From the IMG/VR virus record IMGVR_UViG_3300046777_001793, positions 56,529 through 120,528 of that record: a stretch of DNA of 64,000 bases. The stretch is one strand, 5' to 3'. Positions 7,560-17,317 of this stretch are shown in pieces. A program made the position numbers and the translations under genes. Source of the DNA: a virus. The notes beneath the pieces are model-generated. The model was given only the letters and a program-made list of their open reading frames with translations. It did not search any database and was not told where the DNA came from. Position 1 is the first letter of the stretch. Each line of letters opens with the position of its first letter.

Positions 7560-7627
7560 GGGTGAAGCCGGAGATAATATCAATGGCTTTCATCATTATA
7601 TGGCAATAAAAAATAAAAGACATTCCT

Positions 7628-7864
7628 ATGATTAAATTAACATTTATATGGTGGTTACTTACAGGAACAGTAACACCAACAGGTGAACAACATGAAGGAC
7701 ATAAACTTTATCACGTTCTAGTAGATAAGAATACCGCAATTGAGAATGCCTATAAAGGTGAGATTCTTAATTACATTAAGACAGGAACATTTGTGTACAA
7801 TGATTTCTATGAATGGGAAGATGAAGACCAGATCATAGAAGAAACATTTTACACAAAAAATTAA
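7628..7864 (+). CDS. small putative secreted protein
   Basis: Short hydrophobic N-terminus. Confidence 0.6.
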   Translation: MIKLTFIWWLLTGTVTPTGEQHEGHKLYHVLVDKNTAIENAYKGEILNYIKTGTFVYNDFYEWEDEDQIIEETFYTKN

Positions 7865-8261
7865 ATAACATTCCACACTACTGGATTATGTTACAGCAGT
7901 AGTATATCAACGGTATCCTTAACAGGGCTTGGAGATGGGTTGTAACAATTAAGTCCACAAAGTAATACGTAATTAGTCAACTCTATTATCTTTGTGGCAT
8001 GAATGGTAGTCAGGCTGCTTACTATGTGCATTAAACTACAACGCAATAGTTTCACATAGTTCCTGATGATTTGCGTAGATTGACCCAAAGGCATGGGTTG
8101 TGTAAAAAATATGGCTATCAAGTGTCATACAATCTGAACAGGTGCTTCCTGTTATTTATAAAAAAGAATATTATGAACAGATGTATTTATTGCAATGCAA
8201 AAATTATTGATGAAGCTGAACTATGTGATGAATGTAGTGTAGGTGAAAGTATTTAAAATAT

Positions 8262-8351
8262 GGTGGTATGGCGGAATTGGTAGACGTATTAACTCTTTAA
8301 GATGATTTCAACAGGAGAAAAGATATACAGGTTCAAGTCCTGTTGCCACCT
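8262..8351 (+). tRNA. degenerate tRNA-like element with Leu-type body; anticodon unresolved
   Basis: Acceptor GGTGGTA/TGCCACC, D-arm GCGGAATTGGTAGACGT, T-arm ACAGG-TTCAAGT-CCTGT; anticodon stem pairs poorly. Confidence 0.6.
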
Positions 8352-8483
8352 CATTTTCCCCTGCAATAAGTGGATCGGAGTGAATAATCAGGTAACAACT
8401 CCCCTCAAACGGTATGAGAGAATGTAAGGCTAAACAATAGTCTGATAACCGGAAAATAGTGACAGCCAGGAAAGACTGGTAAC

Positions 8484-8606
8484 TGGTTGGTAGCATACAT
8501 GGTGTATGTATAGGTTCATAAAGTGTCGGTAGTCAAGACTGTGATTAAGCAATATAAGCATGAGAATAAAGCACACCTATCACAGGTTCAAGTCCTGAAC
8601 CAACCA
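8484..8606 (+). ncRNA. tRNA-like element with a 61-nt expanded anticodon loop
   Basis: TGGTTGG/CCAACCA acceptor, D-like hairpin, ATAGG(8510)/CCTAT(8576) stem, T-loop TTCAAGT; T-arm shared with the upstream element. Confidence 0.55.
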
Positions 8607-8836
8607 CGAAGTTCGCTGGTTAATGGGAGAGATTGGTATCTTATCATCTCACGTGAATGGATTGTTTTAAAGGCAACAAATACTCACACCAACCTCTGCA
8701 ACTTGAAACAAAACTGTACTGCTTTAGAAAGATAGCACCTGATAGGCTTTGACCTATGAAGATACCGGGAAAAATTTGATGAAGTATGTATGATGTCCGA
8801 CAAGTTTGCCACAGGGTATGTTTTAGCAGGACAATT

Positions 8837-8899
8837 AACCGGTGATTAGATAAATATTTACTTGACATTCATAAATATCTATCACCGGTTTCTTTTTTT
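8837..8899 (+). terminator. long hairpin terminator
   Basis: AACCGGTGATTAGAT...ATCTATCACCGGTT followed by TCTTTTTTT. Confidence 0.6.
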
Positions 8900-8922
8900 A
8901 GTAACCCCTTAATACATAATAA

Positions 8923-9546
8923 ATGAAGAATCTGTATGAGATTTTAGCTGTAGCAAAGGATGCAACAGCAGAACAAATTAAAAAAGCTTACCGTAAGTTG
9001 GCAATGAAACATCACCCAGATAAGGGCGGTGATGACAAAACATTTCAAGAACTATCAAAGGCATATACCATATTGTCTGATGAAGATAAGCGTAAACGCT
9101 ATGATGAAACAGGACAAGTTGAAGAAGAACGTGATCCATTCAATGAGATACTTGCATCATTTATATCTGATTTGCAAGAACAAATGGATAGTCTTAATGA
9201 TGACATCATTGAGAAAGGTAAAAAGAAAATCAAGAAAGAAATAAAAGAAATCAATCTTGCTCGCATACAAACAGACAACAAGATTAAGTATCTCAATTTC
9301 TTTTTAAAGCGTATCAAAAAAGATACAGAGTCAAATGTCTTTAAGCTGGTAACAGAAAATAAAATTCAACAACTTACTACTAAGCTTGAAGCTATAAATA
9401 AATCTATGGATATACTCAAACGTATGCAAGATATATTCAATGGAGATTTAGAGTATGACTTTAACTCTGAAGATGAATACACATCATCAAAGGAAGAATA
9501 CCCTGATGATGTATTTGAAACATTACACCAGAAACTTTTTAAATAA
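8923..9546 (+). CDS. J-domain (DnaJ-like) co-chaperone with coiled-coil C-terminus
   Basis: LYEILAV..IKKAYRKLAMKHHPDKGG..AYTILSD..R..YD. Confidence 0.9.
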   Translation: MKNLYEILAVAKDATAEQIKKAYRKLAMKHHPDKGGDDKTFQELSKAYTILSDEDKRKRYDETGQVEEERDPFNEILASFISDLQEQMDSLNDDIIEKGKKKIKKEIKEINLARIQTDNKIKYLNFFLKRIKKDTESNVFKLVTENKIQQLTTKLEAINKSMDILKRMQDIFNGDLEYDFNSEDEYTSSKEEYPDDVFETLHQKLFK

Positions 9547-9554
9547 TAACCCCT

Positions 9555-9752
9555 ATGAAAACAGGAAAGAAAAAATCTATCAACGTGATAGAGTTAGGCA
9601 AACATGTAGCATGTCTTGCATCAAGTATTAACACAGAGATAAGCAAACAAACTTATTTCAAAATCACACCAATGTTTTATCATAAGTCTGGTAGTGAGTT
9701 GCGTTTAGAGCAACAACAAAGAACAAAGTTATTAACCCTTTCAAATTATTAA
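9555..9752 (+). CDS. hypothetical protein
   Basis: Tightly packed co-oriented ORF. Confidence 0.55.
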   Translation: MKTGKKKSINVIELGKHVACLASSINTEISKQTYFKITPMFYHKSGSELRLEQQQRTKLLTLSNY

Positions 9753-9754
9753 TT

Positions 9755-10048
9755 ATGAGCACAGGAGCATGCTTTAACATGAGAGGTAATTTATGTACAG
9801 TTAACTCTTTTGATGACCGTATGAAATACAAAGACTCTCCATACAAACCAGATAATGCAGAAATGTTATTCATATCTGAACAACCAGTAATAAACCATGA
9901 AAAAGTTGAAGATATTGATAACCCTGATAAATATGAATGGTATGAAATAGGTGGTGAAAAATATGGGCGTACCATGTATTGTCCTAAATCTAACATAAGA
10001 AGAACACTAACATTTGCAGAGTTCTATCAGTCATCAACAGTAGATTAA
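9755..10048 (+). CDS. hypothetical protein
   Basis: Tightly packed co-oriented ORF. Confidence 0.7.
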   Translation: MSTGACFNMRGNLCTVNSFDDRMKYKDSPYKPDNAEMLFISEQPVINHEKVEDIDNPDKYEWYEIGGEKYGRTMYCPKSNIRRTLTFAEFYQSSTVD

Positions 10049-10049
10049 A

Positions 10050-10664
10050 ATGGGAACAAGTAATTTTCATTCAGTAAATGCTCATAACACATACGCCATA
10101 TTTATGAGTTATGAGCAACCTAAATTAGATGATGAAGGTAAAGAAATAGTAGGAGAAACTGAAACGGTTTCTCCTGAATCTTGGGAGTGTGATGATTTTA
10201 TAGCTGAATTAAAAATATCAGCAGAAAAACTAGCTATAGAAAATAATGTGAAGTATTATAAATCTGTAGAGAAATCAGATCCTCATGAACTACATTCATT
10301 CCCATCAACAGAACTATTTCAACTATACACCCAAAAAACTTTTGGTGATATAGAAGTTCAAGTAAACATTAATTGTGTAATTCGTTCAGGATACTATGAA
10401 GGTGCGTGTCTTGATTGGTACATAACAGCATCTTATGCCAATGAAGTTTATTACATAAAAGATATAGACTATACAATTGATGAGTATATGTCTAATATGA
10501 ATGCAGGCTTACGCACAATCATTGCACGTAAAGCACAAGCATGGGTAGAAAAATCTAAAGATATGCTAGTCAATATTATAGAAGAGTTTTATAAAATCAA
10601 TTCAACTCCTCTTATGGTAACAGCACGTTTTAGTAACGGAGAAACAGTCTATCAAAAAATATAG
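10050..10664 (+). CDS. hypothetical phage protein
   Basis: RSGYYEGA motif and C-terminal ARFSNGETVY. Confidence 0.75.
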   Translation: MGTSNFHSVNAHNTYAIFMSYEQPKLDDEGKEIVGETETVSPESWECDDFIAELKISAEKLAIENNVKYYKSVEKSDPHELHSFPSTELFQLYTQKTFGDIEVQVNINCVIRSGYYEGACLDWYITASYANEVYYIKDIDYTIDEYMSNMNAGLRTIIARKAQAWVEKSKDMLVNIIEEFYKINSTPLMVTARFSNGETVYQKI

Positions 10665-10726
10665 TATATTTACTATCATCATCAATCAGTAAACAATAAA
10701 TAGTTAATAATCAAAAATCAAAAACA

Positions 10727-11062
10727 ATGAACAAGTTAATCAACAAGTTATCAGCTGGAGAAGCTGTAATCAGAAACCAAAGAGCACAAATTGTAGCAGA
10801 AGACATTCAATCAGAGATTGAGTCATTAATTGTGAATTTGGAAAAGAAAAAGCGTGAAGTAATCAAAAACAAGTTATCTCATACAGATATAGGTCCAAAT
10901 GAAACTACATCATTAAGAGTAGTTGATGAGAACTTTAATGCATCACAATGGGTTGCTACATTACATACAATTGAAAAAGAATTGTTGAATGTAGAGATTG
11001 AGTTGGAAATTGCTAACCGTATCAAAAAGGAATGGTTAGAAGAATCTGAAAGCAATGACTAG
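10727..11062 (+). CDS. coiled-coil protein
   Basis: Heptad-rich ORF downstream of TTACTATCATCA. Confidence 0.75.
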   Translation: MNKLINKLSAGEAVIRNQRAQIVAEDIQSEIESLIVNLEKKKREVIKNKLSHTDIGPNETTSLRVVDENFNASQWVATLHTIEKELLNVEIELEIANRIKKEWLEESESND

Positions 11063-11528
11063 TGTATATCTATCAAGTAGTAAACATTCAAACCCACAAG
11101 AGTTTAGTTATGTTTACGCAGCATTAAACAATATGCTTACTTGCCCTATCAAAACTTATGAAGGTGGTACGTTTGATAAGACAGCACCAGATGATTCAGA
11201 CTATTTAATCATTATACCACCTGTTAATGCAGGTAGTGATAAAGAGTCAATATATTTAGGCAGAGGGCAATATGATATGGTAGATAGAGCATTAGATAAT
11301 AATCAAAAGGCTATCATATTTTTCAATAAACAATTCTATTTTATTCAAGAAGTAGAATACATGGGAGATGATTGGCAAAAGTCTTATGGTATAGCATTTA
11401 CCAATGAAGAGCATTGTCCATTAAATAGTGTATTTCTTCAGAAGAAAAAAGAAATAATAGTCACTAGCTCTAGCAATATCACATTGCTTCCAGCATACAT
11501 ATTATTTCCAAATAGATATTCCAAATAA
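11055..11528 (+). CDS. hypothetical protein
   Basis: Overlapping start; followed by a terminator. Confidence 0.7.
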   Translation: MTSVYLSSSKHSNPQEFSYVYAALNNMLTCPIKTYEGGTFDKTAPDDSDYLIIIPPVNAGSDKESIYLGRGQYDMVDRALDNNQKAIIFFNKQFYFIQEVEYMGDDWQKSYGIAFTNEEHCPLNSVFLQKKKEIIVTSSSNITLLPAYILFPNRYSK

Positions 11529-11531
11529 TAC

Positions 11532-11560
11532 AAAGCCTGATTAAGTTCAGGCTTTTTTTT
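11532..11560 (+). terminator. intrinsic terminator
   Basis: AAAGCCTGA-TTAAGT-TCAGGCTTT followed by a T-run. Confidence 0.8.
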
Positions 11561-11585
11561 TGTTAACCCTAAAAAATTAAAAGTC

Positions 11586-12083
11586 ATGAGTGTTATCTCA
11601 AAAACAAGAGCACAGGAAATTGCTCAAGATGTATTTAAAAAATCTATCATTGCAAACAATGCAACAAGAGATGAAATACGTGAAGATTTGTACAAAGAGT
11701 ATATGAAAACTTTTTCAGAAGAAATACAAAAGTTTCATGAAAATAATAAAAGTTGTTTTGCAAATGTAAATTTAGCTTTACATGATCATAGTAGTTGTAG
11801 TGTATATAGGCCAATTCCTTGTAAAAACAATAGCACATATACAAGACATCATTGTGATGACCTTAACAGACGTTGGGTAAAATATGATGCAAAGAAAAGA
11901 GAAATTGAAAAAGCATACAAAGACTTGGAGTTGCATTTGATTACATTACGTTCAAAGAAACGTATTCTTGAAGCATACCCTGAATTTGATAAGTATTTTG
12001 CACATGAAACAAGAACACTTGTAAATCTTCCTGCTGTGCAAGTGGATAAGATGCGTGAGTTAATTGCTAATCAACCAATCTAA
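11586..12083 (+). CDS. hypothetical protein, possibly Nmad5-like
   Basis: C-terminal LxxLRSxKRxxExYPE resembles the Nmad5 pattern (weak). Confidence 0.5.
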   Translation: MSVISKTRAQEIAQDVFKKSIIANNATRDEIREDLYKEYMKTFSEEIQKFHENNKSCFANVNLALHDHSSCSVYRPIPCKNNSTYTRHHCDDLNRRWVKYDAKKREIEKAYKDLELHLITLRSKKRILEAYPEFDKYFAHETRTLVNLPAVQVDKMRELIANQPI

Positions 12084-12307
12084 TGGCAAAAATAGACTAT
12101 GACAAGCACATCTGGGAAGGATGGCGTGTCAGAGATTTTGTTCAAGAGTTAACCCCTGTGTTTAATCAAATACAACAGGGGTGTTCTTGGATGAAACCTT
12201 TTCAAACAAAAGAGGAATTAAAAGCTTGGTGTAAAGACAATCAACCACACTATAAGAAACATATTCCTGGAGTATATAATCATTTCCTTAACCTTTCAAA
12301 GCTATAG
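12083..12307 (+). CDS. hypothetical protein
   Basis: IWEGW..WCKDNQP ORF, coupled start. Confidence 0.7.
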   Translation: MAKIDYDKHIWEGWRVRDFVQELTPVFNQIQQGCSWMKPFQTKEELKAWCKDNQPHYKKHIPGVYNHFLNLSKL

Positions 12308-12309
12308 CA

Positions 12310-12489
12310 ATGTACAATAGAGCATTAAAATTTAGAAAAGAATTTCTAACAAAACATCCTGAACTTGAAGAACAAGTTGATGATCATTTACAACTAATGT
12401 TTGATGGAGTAGATGAAGGGGGTAGTATTCAAAATGAAACGGATCAGTTTATTACAGCGTGTGAACAACTATTAATGGATTCAGAATGA
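12310..12489 (+). CDS. hypothetical 59-aa protein
   Basis: Manual translation MYNRALKFRKEFLTKHPEL...; fills the gap. Confidence 0.55.
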   Translation: MYNRALKFRKEFLTKHPELEEQVDDHLQLMFDGVDEGGSIQNETDQFITACEQLLMDSE

Positions 12490-13046
12490 AATTACAAAAA
12501 GAAGACGGTTATTATTACCTGATGGAAGAAGGTAATGATATTGCTATAGCAACAACAGATCAATCCTTTATTGATGAATTAGGTGCTATGAAACTATCCC
12601 AAGAAAACTGTGATGAGATATTTGGAGTTGTTGATGTTGAGAAGTTGGCTAAAGAAGAAGCTATTAAAATATCTGAATCAGAAATAAGAGATGAAAAATT
12701 AGAAAGAATTTATAAAAGGGGCTTCAACAAAGCAATGGAACTTAATAAAGATAAGTTGTTTACTGTTGAGGATATGAGGCAAGCTTATGATAACGGTATG
12801 GATAATATAGATGCAGATGGATGTGCAATTGATAATCCTGATGAGGATTTTTTTGATACGTTAAGATGTATTCAACAACCAAAAGAAATAGAGGTTGAGA
12901 TTGATATGGAAAAATATGGCTATTGTGAAGGTTGTAGAAAAGCAGGAATGTGGCATTGTGCTCATGCAGATACTTGTGGTTATGCAGAAACAAGAGAAAG
13001 GCCTAAACTTGATGAAAATGGTTGTTTAATACTTAAAAAGAAATAA
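12486..13046 (+). CDS. mosaic hypothetical protein with Cys/His cluster
   Basis: CEGC..HCAH..C near the C-terminus. Confidence 0.75.
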   Translation: MKLQKEDGYYYLMEEGNDIAIATTDQSFIDELGAMKLSQENCDEIFGVVDVEKLAKEEAIKISESEIRDEKLERIYKRGFNKAMELNKDKLFTVEDMRQAYDNGMDNIDADGCAIDNPDEDFFDTLRCIQQPKEIEVEIDMEKYGYCEGCRKAGMWHCAHADTCGYAETRERPKLDENGCLILKKK

Positions 13047-13047
13047 G

Positions 13048-13242
13048 ATGGAAAGTCCTGAACTAAAAGCTAAAAACTATCTACAGGAAACAGGTAAAGC
13101 ATTACCTCCTGGAGATTGTAGTGAGTGTCATTACTTTAATTTTCCAAATAGATGTACTGCTTTATCAGAAGAAGGTATGAAAAGATGTAGAAAAAATGGC
13201 TACACAGCAGGGATGAGAAGTATTTACTTAAAAGAAAAATAA
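13048..13242 (+). CDS. small Cys-rich protein
   Basis: CxxC...C...C. Confidence 0.6.
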   Translation: MESPELKAKNYLQETGKALPPGDCSECHYFNFPNRCTALSEEGMKRCRKNGYTAGMRSIYLKEK

Positions 13243-13243
13243 G

Positions 13244-13642
13244 ATGGAAGATCACTTTGTAAATTATAATCAAGCATTAGCTTTGAAGGAATTAGGCTTT
13301 GATGAACCTTGTATAGCTTTTTATAGTAAGCAACTATTAACCTTCCATACACATGGAATAGACCCTCACTTTATTTTCAAAAGAAATACAGAATTGTGGA
13401 GTTCACCTTCAGCACCACTCAAATCACAAGTCTTCAAGTGGTTTAGAGATAAACATGGACTATATAGCTCTTATGGTACAACAAATGATTTTGATGAAAA
13501 AATTAATGGTTATGTTATTAGTGTTTTCAATGATGGTGTAAGAAAAAAACTTCATATAAATTGGGAGGTTGGTACTTATGAAGAAGCTGAATCAGAGTGT
13601 ATAGATAAGTTAATATCAATTATTAAAGAAAAGAAATCATGA
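13244..13642 (+). CDS. hypothetical phage protein
   Basis: ALKELGFDEPC..APLxxQVFKWFR..TYEEAE pattern. Confidence 0.75.
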   Translation: MEDHFVNYNQALALKELGFDEPCIAFYSKQLLTFHTHGIDPHFIFKRNTELWSSPSAPLKSQVFKWFRDKHGLYSSYGTTNDFDEKINGYVISVFNDGVRKKLHINWEVGTYEEAESECIDKLISIIKEKKS

Positions 13643-14409
13643 AAAACATACACATACTTTCAACAGACCAACCAAGTAGGTTACACTATTATGTATTCGG
13701 GTCTTGGTCTTTATCTAAAGAACCATTAAATTGGAGAACAGCAAGTTATATCTACATCACATCTGATGAAGAGATTAAAGAAAGCAATTGGTATCTTAAT
13801 ATAGAAGAAAAAAATGGTATAAAAAATCCATTTTATGGGAAACCATATAAAGCCAACCAATCTATATGTAAAGTTCCTTTAGATTATCTTGTAAACAATC
13901 TTAAAAAAATCATCATAACAACAGACCCAACTCTAATTGCAGATGGTATTCAAGCTATTGATGATGAGTTCTTGGAATGGTTTGTAAAGAATCCTACTTG
14001 TGAGTTTGTTGAAGTTCAAAAATGGACTAATTACAGTGAAGTAAAATACAAACTCATCATTCCACAAGAAGAACCTAAACAAGATTGGTATTGCCCTAAA
14101 TGTAAAAGTTATGTTAGTTCTGAAAGTGTAACATTTGAAGAAATACATCAAATATGTAATACAAGTGTTATTGTTAAGGAAGAACCTAAACAAGAAACAT
14201 TAGAAGAAGCTGCTGAAAAATTAGCACCTAACTCATCTTGGCGGTTAGGTTTCATAGCCGGTGGTAAGCACATGGCTGAAAAAATGTATAGTGAGGAAGA
14301 AGTATTAAATATATTACATGATTACAGGAATCACTTTGAACTTTACAGAAACATTCAAGTTCTCCCTGATATGTTTTTTCCTTGGTTTGAACAATTTAAA
14401 AAGAAATAG
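13639..14409 (+). CDS. mosaic hypothetical protein with a repeat-flanked Zn-ribbon insert
   Basis: EEPKQ duplicated around a CPKC module; ETLEEAAEK and MYSEEEV segments. Confidence 0.75.
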   Translation: MKNIHILSTDQPSRLHYYVFGSWSLSKEPLNWRTASYIYITSDEEIKESNWYLNIEEKNGIKNPFYGKPYKANQSICKVPLDYLVNNLKKIIITTDPTLIADGIQAIDDEFLEWFVKNPTCEFVEVQKWTNYSEVKYKLIIPQEEPKQDWYCPKCKSYVSSESVTFEEIHQICNTSVIVKEEPKQETLEEAAEKLAPNSSWRLGFIAGGKHMAEKMYSEEEVLNILHDYRNHFELYRNIQVLPDMFFPWFEQFKKK

Positions 14410-14410
14410 T

Positions 14411-14848
14411 ATGAAATGGATAATTAAAAACATTTTTCAAATAATGTATTGGACTGCTTTTATAGCATATCTACTAACCAAAGATATTTACTTTGCTATA
14501 CTACAAATGACCATGCTTCTTGCTTGGTATTTTGATGGAAGATTAGGTAAAGTCTTTAACAATGAAGTCAATGTAATAACTCAAAATGATTCTTTAACTA
14601 AGAAAATTGAAAACATTGAACAAAGCTTAGAAATGTTTAGACCTGAAAAAGTTGTTAAAGGAAATGAATTGATATTCATATCACGTATTCATAAATTAGG
14701 ATATGGTGTTGAAATAGTTAGCAACCATAAGATGCAAGACCTATATGGTAAAGATGATTTTCATATTAATAATTTATCAATTAGTAGTGATACTTATATT
14801 GCATCAGGATTCTCAACATTTGTAGTTCAATTAAAACCTAAAGAATAA
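14411..14848 (+). CDS. membrane-anchored hypothetical protein
   Basis: ATG 14411; N-terminal hydrophobic segments. Confidence 0.65.
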   Translation: MKWIIKNIFQIMYWTAFIAYLLTKDIYFAILQMTMLLAWYFDGRLGKVFNNEVNVITQNDSLTKKIENIEQSLEMFRPEKVVKGNELIFISRIHKLGYGVEIVSNHKMQDLYGKDDFHINNLSISSDTYIASGFSTFVVQLKPKE

Positions 14849-14861
14849 AAACAATAAAGTT

Positions 14862-15164
14862 ATGTTTAAAATTTTAAGACCTACCTTATGGTTCTGTAAG
14901 AATGATGAGGTACTTGAATCTCAATTCAAAATCTATTTCTCTGAAAAAGGTATCAGAGAACTTATCAAGTATGGTTTCATTGAACCTATACACAATGAAA
15001 CCATTGCACATCAGCTTGAATTTGAAAAAAGAAAGTTTGAAATAATCAATACTTTTTGTGACAAAGTAATGAACGCTAAAACTATTACTGAAAGAAAAAA
15101 AGTAATTGATAATGAATTAGGTTCTGCTATAGCAAAAATCAATCAATTAAAAGATTTATTGTGA
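14862..15164 (+). CDS. hypothetical protein
   Basis: Co-oriented ORF. Confidence 0.65.
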   Translation: MFKILRPTLWFCKNDEVLESQFKIYFSEKGIRELIKYGFIEPIHNETIAHQLEFEKRKFEIINTFCDKVMNAKTITERKKVIDNELGSAIAKINQLKDLL

Positions 15165-15433
15165 GTACTCAAATAAAAAAAGTAGGAGGTAAAATTTATA
15201 TTGATGTTGAAATTGAAGAAGAAATTTCAACAGAGGATTTATTAGAACATGTCAGAATAGATGAAATTCTAGATCATTTTGATCATAATGATTTATTAGA
15301 ACGCATACCTAAACATACAATCAAACAATTTTTCATGGATAACATATCTATAACAGCTGAAGAAATGTTTGAAATGTATGGTGATAATGCAGGACTTAGA
15401 CAAGAGTTTGCAAAGTATCTCCTCAAAGATTAA
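15161..15433 (+). CDS. hypothetical acidic protein
   Basis: GTGA overlap with the upstream stop. Confidence 0.65.
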   Translation: MSTQIKKVGGKIYIDVEIEEEISTEDLLEHVRIDEILDHFDHNDLLERIPKHTIKQFFMDNISITAEEMFEMYGDNAGLRQEFAKYLLKD

Positions 15434-15486
15434 CAAGTGGTGTGTTTTACTATCATCACATAACATTAACCCTAAACCCATTAGTT

Positions 15487-15768
15487 ATGGTATTACATGA
15501 CACAGAATTAGTTGTTCAGTTTGAAAAGTATTCAAGCAACAACAAACCATGCATCACATTGTATGAAAAAGAAACAGGAGAACCTTATACAGTAGCTACT
15601 GTAAATGTTCCTGGTCTTGAAGACAATGAAGTTGCTATCAAAGATTATTCAGAAAATGAAGGTGTAATGCAAGCACTATTTATGGCTGGATACATTAGTG
15701 AACCGTTGAGAATGCAATCAAGTGGCTTTGTAAGCATTCCTATTTGCAAACTATTAAAAACAGAGTAA
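15487..15768 (+). CDS. DUF4313-like protein
   Basis: GEPYTVATVN..AIKDYSENEG..SGFV pattern; ATG 15487. Confidence 0.65.
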   Translation: MVLHDTELVVQFEKYSSNNKPCITLYEKETGEPYTVATVNVPGLEDNEVAIKDYSENEGVMQALFMAGYISEPLRMQSSGFVSIPICKLLKTE

Positions 15769-15769
15769 A

Positions 15770-16720
15770 ATGCCTTATTTAATAACAGAAGAAAATCTTC
15801 CTGGGTTAAAAGACAATCTACAAGGTAGATTTATAAAAACTCATGAAAAAAGAGGTCCTTTAGTAGATATTTCAATAAAACCTCACAACCGTTTATTGTT
15901 ACAATTTGCGTGTGATTCTGTATATACAGAAGACAACTCAATAACTCCTTTAGATGATGAAATTGCAGAAGTTTTATTTCTATTAGGTAAAAAAGTAACA
16001 GCTGTTAAGCCTGATTTTACTGATGAAGATTGGGAAATAGTAGGCATAGATGATGACATGAACTACCACGTAGGAGTTCAATCAGAAGTCAAAAGGGTTG
16101 ATTTTGTTGAAGGTGTTATATCAGTAGAATTAGAAAATGGATTTTGGTATCCAGTAAGTGCATTAGAAGATAGTGACACTTCAGATAACTGTAGATATGC
16201 TATAAACAAATTCTATATGCCTATTCCTAGTGAAGGATGGATTACAGAATGTTACAAAGTAGCGGACACTATTTTTGTAAAGACTATGATGGGTAATTGG
16301 TTTGCTCATAGTTCTAATAATGCATTTTTCTACACAGATATAGTTCCTGAATGGTTGCGTGCTGATTCTTATGTAGTTTTGTTACATGATTGTAGCGAGA
16401 AAAACAACTCATGGCTTTATTCAATGCCAAAAAATCATGTTTACAAATTAAGAGAAGATGCTAACAGATTTAACTTTATGATTTGTGCAGATATAAATGG
16501 AAGCACAACAAATGGTTGGTATATATTAAATCCTGCTATTTCAAGCGGTTATCTAAAACTTAGACCAGCATATCCTAAAGAAATAGCCGCATACAATGCA
16601 GAAAATTGTCCTGTATCTGTTGTGGATTATATTGAAACTTTTACAGAAAATACTGATGTAGTAGAAGAAAAAGTTGTAGAAATTAAAACAAAAAGAATAT
16701 CTTCAAAAAATTATTTATAA
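15770..16720 (+). CDS. hypothetical protein
   Basis: 316-aa ORF. Confidence 0.75.
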   Translation: MPYLITEENLPGLKDNLQGRFIKTHEKRGPLVDISIKPHNRLLLQFACDSVYTEDNSITPLDDEIAEVLFLLGKKVTAVKPDFTDEDWEIVGIDDDMNYHVGVQSEVKRVDFVEGVISVELENGFWYPVSALEDSDTSDNCRYAINKFYMPIPSEGWITECYKVADTIFVKTMMGNWFAHSSNNAFFYTDIVPEWLRADSYVVLLHDCSEKNNSWLYSMPKNHVYKLREDANRFNFMICADINGSTTNGWYILNPAISSGYLKLRPAYPKEIAAYNAENCPVSVVDYIETFTENTDVVEEKVVEIKTKRISSKNYL

Positions 16721-16740
16721 ACCTTTAACACAAAATAAAA

Positions 16741-17274
16741 ATGGGAAGACCAAGAAAAACAACCACAGAACCTATAGAGCAAAAGATTGAAACAGGTGCT
16801 GATCATGACATAAATAAAGCAGATGCTGCAACAAGACCTGAATTACCAAAGTACCATGAGTTCATATCATCTGTAAACAAAAGACAAGGTATGACTTCAT
16901 TTGAAAAGATTGAAGAGTTTGCTAAAGCATTAGTGGTAAAATGGAAAAGAGAGCAAGACAAAATCAGAAATAGATTTGCTGCATTAAATGTAGAATGTTC
17001 AGAAGAACTAGATCTATTAGACGAAAAGATTACAGATGCTAAATCAGATCTTGATGGTGCATGGTATGACATTCCAGAATCAGCTTTAGCAACAAAAGAA
17101 TCTCAAAGAACATTCATGGTTACTTATGAGAATAACATTGACTCTAAGTTGTTAAAGCTTACAAATCTTGAATCTCAAAAACAAAAGACTATCAACAATT
17201 ATGAAGAAAAGTTGAGAGAGTTAGTAGAAGAGATTGAAGAGCTTGAGAGAAGGATTTATAAAGTTTCAAAATAG
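16741..17274 (+). CDS. coiled-coil protein
   Basis: N-terminal GRPRK; helical and charged. Confidence 0.75.
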   Translation: MGRPRKTTTEPIEQKIETGADHDINKADAATRPELPKYHEFISSVNKRQGMTSFEKIEEFAKALVVKWKREQDKIRNRFAALNVECSEELDLLDEKITDAKSDLDGAWYDIPESALATKESQRTFMVTYENNIDSKLLKLTNLESQKQKTINNYEEKLRELVEEIEELERRIYKVSK

Positions 17275-17283
17275 ATTATTAAC

Positions 17284-17309
17284 TGGGGAGTTAAACTCCC
17301 CATTTTTTT
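17284..17309 (+). terminator. intrinsic terminator
   Basis: TGGGGAGT-TAA-ACTCCCCA followed by T7. Confidence 0.8.
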
Positions 17310-17317
17310 ATATCAAA

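Noticed and set aside
8063-8110. Hammerhead ribozyme (CTGATGA core)
   Set aside because: No appropriately placed GAAA and stem II follow the core.
8515-8575. Group I intron in the tRNA-like element
   Set aside because: The insert is about 55-60 nt, far too short for a self-splicing intron core.
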